From assembly GCA_034422695.1 (NCBI GenBank), contig DAOUJM010000014.1, forward strand, positions 303,482 to 367,481: 64,000 bases of DNA, read 5' to 3'. Position numbers and translations under genes: made by a program. Source of the DNA: Anaerolineae bacterium. GTDB lineage: Bacteria; Chloroflexota; Anaerolineae; Aggregatilineales; Phototrophicaceae. Positions 26,599-35,906 of the stretch are shown piece by piece (the stretch's first letter is position 1; the number at the start of each line of letters is the position of its first letter). The notes under the pieces are model-generated. The model made no database searches and was not told the DNA's origin. It saw only the letters and a list, made by a program, of their open reading frames with translations.

Positions 26599-27475
26599 AC
26601 AGACTGCTGACGAAGATTTCCGGTGAGAAGGGCACCAGATCGTTCACCCCTTCGCCGAGCCCGAGGTAATGAACCGGCAGCCCCAGCTCTTCGTAAATGG
26701 CAAAGATCATGCCGCCGCGGGCAGAGCTGTCCAGCTTGGTCACGACGACGCCGTTGACCTGCACCATCTCCTGGAATTTGCGCGCCTGTTGCAGGGCGTT
26801 CTGGCCGGTTGTGCCATCCAGCACCAGCAGCACTTCATGGGGCGCATCCGGCACCACTTTTGCCGAGACCGAGCGAATGCGCCGAAGTTCATTCATCAGG
26901 TTGGAATTGGTGTGCAGACGGCCGGCCGTGTCAATAATCAGAACGTCATGGTCGCGGGCCTGGGCGGCTTTGGTGGCGTCGAAAACGACAGCCGCGGGGT
27001 CGCCGCCGGAGCGGCCGGCGATGACCGGCGCGCCGACACGTTCACCCCAGGTCTGCAATTGTTCGATGGCGGCGGCGCGAAAGGTATCGCCCGCAGCGAG
27101 CATGACCTTGCGCCCGGCCAGTCCCAGGCGATGCGCCAGCCTGGCGATGGTGGTGGTCTTGCCCGATCCATTGACGCCGACCACCAGCACGACCGAGAGC
27201 CGGCGGCCGCTGAGGTCCATGGGGGGCGGGGCATCCAGCATGTCGGTCAGGGTGGCGCGCAAGCCCGCCTGCAAGGCAGCGCTGTCGCGCCAGTGGTCCC
27301 GGCGCAGGGCGTCCAGCACCTTGCCAGTGACCGACAGGCCCAGGTCCGCCTGAATGAGGAGCGCCTCCACGTCGTCCCAGGTGTCCTCGTCGATTTCGCT
27401 GCCGGCCAGCAGGCCGGCGATACGACCGAAAAAGGAGCGCCGGGTGCGGGCGAGGCCACGGCCAAAAACACTCAA
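26585..27475 (-). CDS. ftsY: Signal recognition particle receptor FtsY (short form without acidic A domain)
   Basis: GVNGSGKTTT P-loop and DTAGRLH motif. Its stop overlaps the longest prfB start by 14 nt. Confidence 0.9.
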   Translation of the reverse strand: MSVFGRGLARTRRSFFGRIAGLLAGSEIDEDTWDDVEALLIQADLGLSVTGKVLDALRRDHWRDSAALQAGLRATLTDMLDAPPPMDLSGRRLSVVLVVGVNGSGKTTTIARLAHRLGLAGRKVMLAAGDTFRAAAIEQLQTWGERVGAPVIAGRSGGDPAAVVFDATKAAQARDHDVLIIDTAGRLHTNSNLMNELRRIRSVSAKVVPDAPHEVLLVLDGTTGQNALQQARKFQEMVQVNGVVVTKLDSSARGGMIFAIYEELGLPVHYLGLGEGVNDLVPFSPEIFVSSLFDEN

Positions 27476-27558
27476 GGACGACTCACCTCAGGGGACCAGG
27501 ATATCTTCGGTCAGCAGTATAGACAGGCGTTCCGCAGGCGACAAGACTCGCGCTGCCT

Positions 27559-27750
27559 CTGCGGGCTTGCGCCCTTGCTATCCCCGCGGGACACGTCATG
27601 GTGCCGTTGGCGTGCTGCGGGCTTGCGCCCTTGCTACCCCTGCGGGATGCTGCGGGCTGGCGCCCTTGCTATCCCACGGGGACACGTCATGGCGCCGTTG
27701 GCGTGCTTCGGACTTGCGTCCTCGCTATACTGGCGGGTGGGAGCAGAGCG
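27559..27750. repeat. Intergenic tandem repeat, 56-bp unit, about 3.4 copies (27559-27614, truncated 27615-27649, 27650-27705, degenerate 27706-27750)
   Basis: The unit is CTGCGGGCTTGCGCCCTTGCTATCCCCGCGGGACACGTCATGGTGCCGTTGGCGTG. Copy 3 has about 4 substitutions plus a 1-nt indel offset. The array abuts the moaC RBS and start. Confidence 0.8.
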
Positions 27751-28239
27751 ATGAATGACGGACTGACGCATCTGGACGAGCAGGGGACGGCGCGCATGGT
27801 AGACGTGGGCGCCAAACCGGAGAGCGAACGCATGGCGCGGGCCGGGGGCAGCGTTCGCATGCAGCCGGCCACGCTGCAACTCGTCTGCGAGGGCGCCCTG
27901 AAAAAGGGGGACGTCTTCGCCACGGCGCGCCTGGCCGGCATCATGGCCGCCAAACAAACCCAGGTTCTCATTCCGCTCTGCCATTCCGTGCCACTGACTC
28001 ACGTTGACGTTGAACTGAAGCCTGACCGCGCGACCGGCGAAATCCGCATTCAGGCGCAGGCGCGCGCGAGCGGCAGGACCGGCGTGGAAATGGAAGCCCT
28101 GACGGCGGTGTCCGTCGCCGCGCTCACGGTCTATGACATGGCCAAGGCGGTGGACAGGGGCATGCAGATCAGCGAGATACGCCTGCTGGAAAAGCGTGGC
28201 GGTCAGCGTGGCGACTACCTGGCGCCGGAGCATCGCTGA
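27751..28239 (+). CDS. moaC: Cyclic pyranopterin monophosphate synthase MoaC
   Basis: [25 protein letters not shown]... and IPLCHSVPL motif. GGGTGGGAG RBS. The ORF-track start at 27598 lies in the repeat and is rejected. Confidence 0.9.
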   Translation: MNDGLTHLDEQGTARMVDVGAKPESERMARAGGSVRMQPATLQLVCEGALKKGDVFATARLAGIMAAKQTQVLIPLCHSVPLTHVDVELKPDRATGEIRIQAQARASGRTGVEMEALTAVSVAALTVYDMAKAVDRGMQISEIRLLEKRGGQRGDYLAPEHR

Positions 28240-28955
28240 TGCAAATCGAGGTGTTGCTGTTCGCGACGCTGCGCGAGATAGCCGGTCGGAAGCGGCTGTC
28301 CCTGAACCTGACGCAGGACGAGGCCACCGTTGCCGGGGTCCGCGCCGCTGTGGCGCGCCAGGTGCCCCAGCTGAAGGAGCACGTGGCCGCCGCCATTGCG
28401 GCAGTCAATGAAGAGTTCGCCTTCGACGGGGAGGAAGTACGGCCTGGCGACACGGTCGCTTTCTTTCCGCCGGTCAGTGGCGGCGGCGGGTTGCCGGAAA
28501 TCTATCGCCTGGCGCGGGAGCCGCTGGACCACGATGCCATCGTCAGGTCGATCACCCTGCCGGAAACTGGCGCCGTGTGCATTTTCAGCGGGATGGTGCG
28601 CGGCAGCACGCGGCGCGGTGCCGGGCCACGCCAGACCTCATTGCTGGAATACGAAGCCTACGAGCCCATGGCCCTGACCCGCATGCGCCAGGTCGGCGCC
28701 GAGATTCGTGAACGCTGGCCTCTGGTGCAGGGGATCGCCATCCTGCAGCGGCTCGGCGAACTGAACGTGGGGCAAAACACGGTGCTGATCGCCTGTTCCT
28801 CTGCGCATCGCGACGACGGCTGTTTCGAGGCCGCGCGCTATGGCATCGACCGGCTGAAGGAAATCGTGCCAATCTGGAAGCGGGAAGAGGGGCCGGCCGG
28901 CAGCGCCTGGGTTGAAGGCAACTACAGACCGCAGGCGGCAGACCGCCGTGACTGA
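28239..28955 (+). CDS. MoaD-MoaE fusion (molybdopterin synthase small and large subunits in one ORF)
   Basis: The N-terminal ~83 aa are a ThiS/MoaD fold ending in FFPPVSGG. MoaE-like sequence follows directly (PETGAVCIFSGMVR...IWKRE). The ATG overlaps the moaC TGA. Confidence 0.8.
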   Translation: MQIEVLLFATLREIAGRKRLSLNLTQDEATVAGVRAAVARQVPQLKEHVAAAIAAVNEEFAFDGEEVRPGDTVAFFPPVSGGGGLPEIYRLAREPLDHDAIVRSITLPETGAVCIFSGMVRGSTRRGAGPRQTSLLEYEAYEPMALTRMRQVGAEIRERWPLVQGIAILQRLGELNVGQNTVLIACSSAHRDDGCFEAARYGIDRLKEIVPIWKREEGPAGSAWVEGNYRPQAADRRD

Positions 28956-30198
28956 GTTGACGACGCGGCGGGTGGTCGTCACCGGCCTGGGACTGGTATC
29001 GGCTCTCGGGCACGACGTGGCGAGCAACCAGGAGGCCCTGTTCGCGGGACGTAGTGGCGTCGGACCCATCACCCGCTTCGACGCCGCTGCCTATCGGGTA
29101 AAGATCGCGGCGGAAGTGCGCGACTGGGACCCCGCGCAACACATGAGCGCGCGCGAAGCGCGACGTCTCGATCGCTACCAGCAACTGGCGCTGGTCGCGG
29201 CGCGGGAGGCGTTTGAACACTCGGGACTGGAACTGGACGAGCGCAATGCGGCCCGCACCGGCGTTGTCGTGGGCTCCGCCGTGGGCGGTGTGGAAAGCTA
29301 TTACACGCAGGCCCGGCTCCTGTTTGAATCCGGCGATCCACGACGCATCACTCCCTTTGGCATACCGATGCTGATGGTCAATGGCGGCAGCGGACTGATC
29401 AGCATCGATACCGGCGCCGTTGGACCCAGCGGCGTCGTGGTGTCCGCCTGCGCGACCGGCGCCGACTGCATTGGCCGCGCGTACGAGATGATTCGCGCGG
29501 GGCGCATCGACCAGGCGCTGGCCGGCTGCAGCGACGCGCCCATCATTCCGATCGGCGTCGCTGCCTTTGACCGCGTTGGCGCCTGTTCACGTGAGGAAGC
29601 GAATCCCGCCGGCGCCTCACGCCCCTTTGACCGCAAGCGCACAGGTCTGGTTTTTGGCGAGGGAGCGGGCGCGCTGATGCTGGAAGCGCTGGAAACGGCC
29701 AGGGCCCGTAACGCGCCGATCCTGGCTGAACTGGTGGGCTATGGCTCGACCTCGGATGCCTTTCACAGCACGGCGCCGGACCCCGAAGGGCGGGGCGCCG
29801 CGGCGGCCATCGTGCAGGCGCTGGCGGACGCCCGTCTGGATGCCGGGGCTATCGATTACATCAACGCCCATGGCACGGCCACCCAACTCAACGACGTGAT
29901 GGAGACGAAAGCGCTCAAGCGGGCGCTGGGCAGCCACGCCTGCGATACACCCGTGAGTTCGACCAAGAGCATGACCGGGCACGCGATGGGCGCGACTGCC
30001 GCCATGGAAGCCGTCTTTGTCGTGCTGGCCCTGCGCGACCAGGTGGCGCCGCCCACCATCAATCTCGAAAACCCTGACCCGGAATGCGATCTTGACTACG
30101 TGCCCAACGAGGCACGGGAACTGCCGCTGAAGCGGGTGATGAGCAACGCCTTCGGCTTCGGCGGCCACAACGCATCACTGATTTTCAGCCAGTTGTAA
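28948..30198 (+). CDS. fabF: Beta-ketoacyl-ACP synthase II
   Basis: Active-site Cys in VVSACATG, HGTAT and TGHAMGA His motifs. GTG at 28948 is preferred over the overlapping upstream start at 28912. Confidence 0.85.
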   Translation: MTELTTRRVVVTGLGLVSALGHDVASNQEALFAGRSGVGPITRFDAAAYRVKIAAEVRDWDPAQHMSAREARRLDRYQQLALVAAREAFEHSGLELDERNAARTGVVVGSAVGGVESYYTQARLLFESGDPRRITPFGIPMLMVNGGSGLISIDTGAVGPSGVVVSACATGADCIGRAYEMIRAGRIDQALAGCSDAPIIPIGVAAFDRVGACSREEANPAGASRPFDRKRTGLVFGEGAGALMLEALETARARNAPILAELVGYGSTSDAFHSTAPDPEGRGAAAAIVQALADARLDAGAIDYINAHGTATQLNDVMETKALKRALGSHACDTPVSSTKSMTGHAMGATAAMEAVFVVLALRDQVAPPTINLENPDPECDLDYVPNEARELPLKRVMSNAFGFGGHNASLIFSQL

Positions 30199-30204
30199 AC
30201 CCGC

Positions 30205-30924
30205 ATGAAACCGGCCAGCTTTCAGCGTCGTCCCGGACTTGAGTTCAATGATGAACGCTTGCTGCTGCAGGCATTGACCCACCGCTCCTGGCCCTATGAA
30301 CAGAGCGGCGCGGCGGCGCAGGAAAGCGACAACGAAAGGCTGGAATTCCTGGGCGATGCCGTGCTGGCTTTCGTCGTAACGCGCCTGCTCTACGATCGTT
30401 TCCCGGACATGCCGGAAGGGGAACTGACACGCCTGCGCGCCGCCCTGGTTCGCAGTGAGACCTTGGCCAGCATCGCCGTGGAACTGGAGCTGGGAACGAT
30501 GTTGCGACTGGGCCGTGGCGAGGAACAAAACGGCGGTCGCCAAAAAAGCAACATCCTGGGCGATGCCCTGGAGGCCCTGCTGGGCGCGATCTTCCTGGAT
30601 CAGGGACAGGCCGCCGCCGAGGCCTTCATAGAGCGGCATCTGGCGCCGCGCATCCGGACGCTGCTCGCTGAAGACCTGGTGGATGCCCGCAGCCGCCTGC
30701 AGGAGTGGAGCCAGGCGGCGTTACAGACGACGCCAACCTATGTGACACTGGCCGAAAGTGGCCCGGACCATCAAAAGACTTTCACCGTCGCCGTGCGCAT
30801 CGGGGGCGAGGAACCGGGAACCGGCAGCGGCAACAGCAAACAGGCCGCTGCCCAGGCCGCCGCGCAGGCTGCCCTTGAGTTTTTACAGCGTGAGGGGCGA
30901 TCAGGCGGCTGCGGCCGCGAGTGA
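30205..30924 (+). CDS. rnc: Ribonuclease III
   Basis: ERLEFLGDAVL signature plus a C-terminal dsRBD (GPDHQKTFTV...GSGNSKQAA). Confidence 0.9.
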   Translation: MKPASFQRRPGLEFNDERLLLQALTHRSWPYEQSGAAAQESDNERLEFLGDAVLAFVVTRLLYDRFPDMPEGELTRLRAALVRSETLASIAVELELGTMLRLGRGEEQNGGRQKSNILGDALEALLGAIFLDQGQAAAEAFIERHLAPRIRTLLAEDLVDARSRLQEWSQAALQTTPTYVTLAESGPDHQKTFTVAVRIGGEEPGTGSGNSKQAAAQAAAQAALEFLQREGRSGGCGRE

Positions 30925-32907
30925 AAGTTCCACCACGATCAGACGATGCCCGTGCGCATCCCCCGCGAGCGCGCCGGCGCCGTTACTGGCAAGCGGCGCG
31001 CGGTGCCACAGGTAGTCCGTCCGCCATTGCTCATCACCCGCTGACGTCGTCCACCGGATCTCTCCCGGCAGCGTCTCGAACGGGTCCAGAAAGTCTGCCG
31101 CGCGCAGGGGCAACAACAACTGGTCATCCGGCGCGCCGGTGAATGAGGCAGCAAGCGCCAGCAATGTCGGTTCCTGCTGGTTGTGCAGCGCACCGATGAG
31201 TGTATTCATCGCGCCGATTTGCAATTCCAGATTGCGCGGCGTCTGGCCGGGCCAGTAGTTGTACAGGGTCAGCGTCTCGTCCTGAACTTCGATGGTTGCC
31301 CGTTGCAGGCCGCCCTGGCGGCCATCGCCAACGGCAAGCCAGCCGCCGGCGTCCTGCAGGTCTGCCCGGGCCAGCAAGGCCAGGCCGTTGATGCCTTCGG
31401 CTGTCGGGAAGAAGTGGTGTTGCATGCCAAGCCGGCGCGCCAGCCAGTGCGCCTGGTCGACCCAGTAGCTGGCGCTGCGGCCGGCATCGACGTTTTGCAA
31501 CATGACGATGTCGGCGCCGCTTGCCAGAATTGTCTGCGCAATCTGTTCCAGATCCCGCTGCTGGTGACGGTTTGCGCCGGCATTGACGTTCCAGCTTGCC
31601 ACGCGCAGGGTGGCGCCGGCACGCTGCGCGGGCATATCAGGCGGTCTGACGAAAGCGATGCCCAGGATGACGGCGGCGATGGCGATCAGGTAATTCCAGG
31701 GGCCGTTGCCGACGGTCTCACGCGACCAGGCGACACGATGTCGATTGCGGGTCATGGTCAGGGACGTGAGGACGACGGCCAGCAGCATGATGAGCGCGCC
31801 CATGCCCTGCAGGCCCGTCAACATCCCCTGCAAGAGATTGCCGTTGGCCCCGGGTGCGGGACTGGCAACCGTGTAGAGATCGAGCACCAGCAGCAGGGCA
31901 GCGACCAGCAGCGCCGGCAACAGGGCGACTCCACTCAGGTTCTGGTCCTCTTCTTCCTGCGGCCGTATCAACCACCACCACATCAGACTGACGGCGAACT
32001 GCAGCAGCACCAGGGCAAGGGCCGCGGGCAAATCCTCCAGTCGCAGGCCGACCACCAGCAACAGGGCCGTGATGGCCATCCACAGCCAGCCCCGTATGCC
32101 GCCGTAAAAGGCCTGCAGCAAATTGCGGGCAACCATGCGGACGACAGGCAGGAGCGGCAGCAGGGTTGCCGCCAGGATCAGGGGGGTGACCAGCGCCAGC
32201 GGGGCGCCACTGCGGGCTGCGATGGCGTTGGGTGTGGCCAGCAGGGCCAGTTGCAGAAAGAGCAGGGCGCCGATCCCCACGGCTCCGCGCACGGTGATCA
32301 GGCCCTGCTGCGCCGTAACTTGCGCCAGAACGGGTTCCTGAAAACGGCGCGCCAGCAGCACCGTGACCACAATGAGCGCTGCCGAAAGCAGCAACTGCAG
32401 CCCGTCCCAGGCCGCAGTCCAGGAGATATCCAGGGTGTTCCCGCCCGCCCGCACCAGCAGGTCCGCGGCGAAGCCGAACAGCATCAGTTGCGGAAAGTGC
32501 ATCACCCGGCGTTGCAGCAGCAAGACGACACAGGCCATTCCGGCGCCGAGCACGGCGGCGCTGGCATACGTTTCAGGGAAATCGCCGCCAAGGGCCGGCA
32601 ACGCGCGCGCCAGCGCCAGAAAACTGACGCACAGTGGCAGCGCCTGGCGACTGCGGGCGTAGCGATGGGCCAGCAGGGGCAGCAGCAGCATAAGCGCCAG
32701 AAAGGCGACCCCGGCGCCAAACTGGCCGGCGTTGACGTTTTCTGCCGGGATCCCTGCGCCTTCCGCTTCCATGGCGCCGACCAGGCTGGCGGCAGCGGCG
32801 TGATTGAACAACAGGCCCGGCAGACGCCGCAGGGCCTGCACAAGGAACAGACCGACCAGCGCAACCTCGATTGTTTGCAGCAGGGATAGCAGCACCTTGC
32901 GCGACAT
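30901..32907 (-). CDS. Polytopic membrane protein with C-terminal endonuclease/exonuclease/phosphatase (EEP) domain
   Basis: The N-terminal ~420 aa are strongly hydrophobic. The C-terminal LRVASWNVNAG...DIVMLQNVD region is EEP-like. Confidence 0.6.
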   Translation of the reverse strand: MSRKVLLSLLQTIEVALVGLFLVQALRRLPGLLFNHAAAASLVGAMEAEGAGIPAENVNAGQFGAGVAFLALMLLLPLLAHRYARSRQALPLCVSFLALARALPALGGDFPETYASAAVLGAGMACVVLLLQRRVMHFPQLMLFGFAADLLVRAGGNTLDISWTAAWDGLQLLLSAALIVVTVLLARRFQEPVLAQVTAQQGLITVRGAVGIGALLFLQLALLATPNAIAARSGAPLALVTPLILAATLLPLLPVVRMVARNLLQAFYGGIRGWLWMAITALLLVVGLRLEDLPAALALVLLQFAVSLMWWWLIRPQEEEDQNLSGVALLPALLVAALLLVLDLYTVASPAPGANGNLLQGMLTGLQGMGALIMLLAVVLTSLTMTRNRHRVAWSRETVGNGPWNYLIAIAAVILGIAFVRPPDMPAQRAGATLRVASWNVNAGANRHQQRDLEQIAQTILASGADIVMLQNVDAGRSASYWVDQAHWLARRLGMQHHFFPTAEGINGLALLARADLQDAGGWLAVGDGRQGGLQRATIEVQDETLTLYNYWPGQTPRNLELQIGAMNTLIGALHNQQEPTLLALAASFTGAPDDQLLLPLRAADFLDPFETLPGEIRWTTSAGDEQWRTDYLWHRAPLASNGAGALAGDAHGHRLIVVELSLAAAAA

Positions 32908-32989
32908 CTTCGCCCCCGGCAGACAGCGATATGCAGGGAGTCTACAGCGGCACTATAATTACGCAAATCCGGCAGGTGGCGAGGCAGGG

Positions 32990-34969
32990 ATGGAAACGGT
33001 CGACCTGATTCTGTCAGGCGGAACTGTCGTCACGATGGACGACGTTTTTTCGCTGTATCCGGATGGCGCCGTTGCCATTCGGGATGAACAGATTGTCGCG
33101 GTGGGGTCCAGAGAGACCATTCTCGACAGCTGTCACGCGGCCAGGGTACTGGACTGCAGCGGCCAGTACGTCCTGCCTGGCCTGGTCAATGCCCACACCC
33201 ACGTGCCCATGACGCTGCTGCGCGGCCTGGCCGATGACCTGCGTCTGGACGTGTGGCTGATGGGTTACGTGATGCCGACGGAACGGGAGTTCGTCAACCC
33301 GGAGTTCTGCCGCCTCGGCGCGCGCCTGGCCTGTGCCGAGCAAATCCGCAGCGGGATCACCACCTTTGCGGACATGTATTACTTCGAGGAAGAGATCGCA
33401 AGGGTCACCGCCGCTGCCGGCATGCGCGCCGTGCTGGGGCAGACGGTGCTGCGCTTTCCAACGCCCGACGCCGAGACCTACGAGGACAGTCTGGCGCGCG
33501 CGCGACGCTTCATAGAAGACTGGCGCGGTCACGAGTTGATCACGCCGGCCGTTGCGCCGCACGCGCCCTATTCCAGCACGCGGGAGCTGCTGGAGAAATG
33601 CAGCGCGCTGGCCATCGAATGCGACGTGCCGCTGCTCATTCATATCGCCGAGACGCGCCAGGAACTGGAGGACAGCCTGAAGCAGCACGGACGACGGGTG
33701 GTCGAGCAGGTCGCCGACGTCGGACTCTTGCGGGCAAAGGTGCTGGCCGCCCACTGCGTGCACATCAATCAGGCCGAGATGCACAGTCTGAACGCCCATG
33801 ACTGCACTGTCGCCCACTGTCCCACCAGCAATCTCAAGCTGGCCAGCGGCATCGCGCCGGTCAGCGACATGCTGGCTGCCGGCCTGACCGTGGGCATTGG
33901 CACGGACGGGCCCGCCAGCAACAACGACCTGGACATGCTGGAGGAGGTGCGTCTGGCGGCGATTCTGGCCAAGACCAGCGCCAATGATCCGACCACGCTG
34001 CCGGCGCGTCAGGCGCTGCTGATGGCGACCCGTCAGGGCGCCGAAGCCCTGTTCCTGGGCGAACGCACCGGAAGTCTGGAGCCGGGCAAGCTGGCAGACC
34101 TGATCGTCGTTGACGCCCGGCCAACCCACAACATGCCGCACTTCCGGCGCAGCGAGGATGCGGTCTATTCGCAGATCGTGTATGCCGCAAAGAGCACGGA
34201 CGTGATCCACGTCATGTGCCACGGTCGCTGGTTGATGCGCGACCGACGTCTGCTCACCCTGCAAGAGGAGGCGTTGATTGATCAGGCACAAAATCTGGCG
34301 ACGCACATCGATGCCTTCCTGCGCGCCAACACCCGCGACGTGCTGTCCCGGCTTCTGACGGTGACCCAGGGCATGGAGCGCGGCGAAAGCTTCGAGGTGC
34401 AGGCCAAGGTGGTGCTGCCTGACAGGCAGGCGCTGGAACAGCTGCTGCGCAGCGACGAGGTCGAGGTCCTGAAGCAGGCCCATTACCGCCAGTACGACAC
34501 CTGGTTCAGCTTCGAGGGCGAGGCCGACAGTCGCCTGCGCTACCGGGAAGACGATGCGCTGGATGAAGATGGCGGCGTTGAGTGGACGCGCAGTCGCCTG
34601 ACCCTGACGCGCCTCAACAAGGTGGACACCCACGGTCCGGCGGTCCGACTGTCGCATTCGCGCTTCTTCGCCCGGGCGGACAGGCCGCTGCGCTTCTATC
34701 GCGAGTATTTCCGCCCGGCTGCCGAGCGGACCCTGGAAAAGGACCGGCGTCGCTGGCACATTCGCTTCCGCGACGTCCCGTTCTACGTCAACGTGGACCG
34801 CTTTATCAGCCCTGCCAGTGATGAAACCTACCTGGAACTGAAGAGCCGCACCTGGTCGGCGGAGGATGCCGACGACAAGGCCGCTCACATTCGTGAGATG
34901 CTGGGCATTCTTGGGGCCGTTGCAGAGGACATGGTGCTGGCCGACTATCACGAGATGATCGGCAACTGA
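32990..34969 (+). CDS. Amidohydrolase (MtaD/SAH-MTA deaminase-like) fused to a C-terminal CYTH-like domain
   Basis: LVNAHTHVPMT, HIAET and GTDGPASNN motifs. The C-terminal ~215 aa carry CYTH-like features (FEVQAKV, QYDTWF, LRYRED, YVNVDRF...YLELKSR). ATG at 32990. Confidence 0.7.
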   Translation: METVDLILSGGTVVTMDDVFSLYPDGAVAIRDEQIVAVGSRETILDSCHAARVLDCSGQYVLPGLVNAHTHVPMTLLRGLADDLRLDVWLMGYVMPTEREFVNPEFCRLGARLACAEQIRSGITTFADMYYFEEEIARVTAAAGMRAVLGQTVLRFPTPDAETYEDSLARARRFIEDWRGHELITPAVAPHAPYSSTRELLEKCSALAIECDVPLLIHIAETRQELEDSLKQHGRRVVEQVADVGLLRAKVLAAHCVHINQAEMHSLNAHDCTVAHCPTSNLKLASGIAPVSDMLAAGLTVGIGTDGPASNNDLDMLEEVRLAAILAKTSANDPTTLPARQALLMATRQGAEALFLGERTGSLEPGKLADLIVVDARPTHNMPHFRRSEDAVYSQIVYAAKSTDVIHVMCHGRWLMRDRRLLTLQEEALIDQAQNLATHIDAFLRANTRDVLSRLLTVTQGMERGESFEVQAKVVLPDRQALEQLLRSDEVEVLKQAHYRQYDTWFSFEGEADSRLRYREDDALDEDGGVEWTRSRLTLTRLNKVDTHGPAVRLSHSRFFARADRPLRFYREYFRPAAERTLEKDRRRWHIRFRDVPFYVNVDRFISPASDETYLELKSRTWSAEDADDKAAHIREMLGILGAVAEDMVLADYHEMIGN

Positions 34970-34976
34970 CCGGCGT

Positions 34977-35906
34977 TCAGCCCCCTGCAAGCCAGCGACC
35001 AACTTCAGACAGGACTTCCGTCGCGTTTATCCCGTCGGCATCGTGCCAGCGGATGCCGCCGTCGTGCCCGCGGAACCAGGTGAGCTGGCGCCGAATGAAG
35101 TCGTGCGTTGCATATTTGGCCAACTGGATCGCTTCCTCCAGCGGCAGGCCGTCCAGCAGATGCGCGGCCAGTTGACGATAGCCAAGCCCGCTCATGGACG
35201 GCAGATCGCGTGAATGGCCCGCCTGCAACAGCCCGTTCACCTCGGCGACGAAGCCGGCCTCGATCATGGCGTCCAGTCGCCGGTCCGCCCGCTCGTGCAA
35301 GGCCACCCGCTCCAGACCCAGGCCGATCTGCAAGATGTTCCAGGGAGGAGGCCGGCGCCCCTGCTGTTCGCTGACGGGCCGGCCAGTGAGATGCCAGACC
35401 TCCAGCGAACGCACGATCCGTCGCAGGTTGTTGGGATGGGTCCGGGCCGCCGCCGCCGGGTCAACCTCCGCCAGGCGCCGGTGCAGGGCCCTGCGCCCGT
35501 GGGTCTCTGCGTAACCCTCCAGTTCCCTGCGCAGTGCCTCATCGGGAGGCACGACCGGGATGCGCCAGCCCTCGACGATGGCGCTGAGATACTGCCCGGT
35601 GCCGCCGACCAGCAGCGGCAGCCTTGCCCGTCCCTGGATGTCCGCAATGGCCGCATTGGCCAGGCGCTGAATCTGCGCCAGCCCCGGGTTTTCATCCGGG
35701 TCGGCGATATCGATCAGATGATGCGGCACCAGGGCGCGCTGGCCGGCGTCGGGCTTGGCCGTGCCGATGTCCATGCCGCGGTAAATCTGCCGGCTGTCCG
35801 CGCTGACGATCTCGCCATTGAGGGTCGTCGCCAGCTCGAGTGCCAGCCCGGTCTTGCCGGTGGCGGTGGCGCCCAGGATGACCAGCAGTGGCGGCTTACC
35901 AGTCAA
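34977..35906 (-). CDS. miaA: tRNA dimethylallyltransferase
   Basis: P-loop GATATGKTG and SADSRQIYRGMDIGTAKP. TTG at 35906 lies 5 nt after GGAGGA. The 390-aa ORF-track version overlaps yraN and is rejected. Confidence 0.85.
   Translation of the reverse strand: MTGKPPLLVILGATATGKTGLALELATTLNGEIVSADSRQIYRGMDIGTAKPDAGQRALVPHHLIDIADPDENPGLAQIQRLANAAIADIQGRARLPLLVGGTGQYLSAIVEGWRIPVVPPDEALRRELEGYAETHGRRALHRRLAEVDPAAAARTHPNNLRRIVRSLEVWHLTGRPVSEQQGRRPPPWNILQIGLGLERVALHERADRRLDAMIEAGFVAEVNGLLQAGHSRDLPSMSGLGYRQLAAHLLDGLPLEEAIQLAKYATHDFIRRQLTWFRGHDGGIRWHDADGINATEVLSEVGRWLAGG

Noticed and set aside
27559-27750. CRISPR array or Moco riboswitch upstream of moaC
   Set aside because: The repeats are directly adjacent with no unique spacers, and no cas genes are nearby, so this is not CRISPR. 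I could not find the conserved Moco-motif elements or a plausible multi-stem architecture, so I report it only as a tandem repeat.
31183-32889. 568-aa plus-strand ORF; likewise 54941-56452 (503 aa), 57801-59255 (484 aa), 62107-63333 (408 aa), 60122-61189 (355 aa), 14139-15140 (333 aa)
   Set aside because: Each lies antisense to a gene with clear family motifs and has the Arg/Gly/Gln/His/Asp-rich composition of non-coding GC-rich frames.
33014-35002. 662-aa ORF on the minus strand
   Set aside because: It is antisense to the amidohydrolase-CYTH gene, with low-complexity Arg/Gly/His/Gln composition and no recognisable domain.
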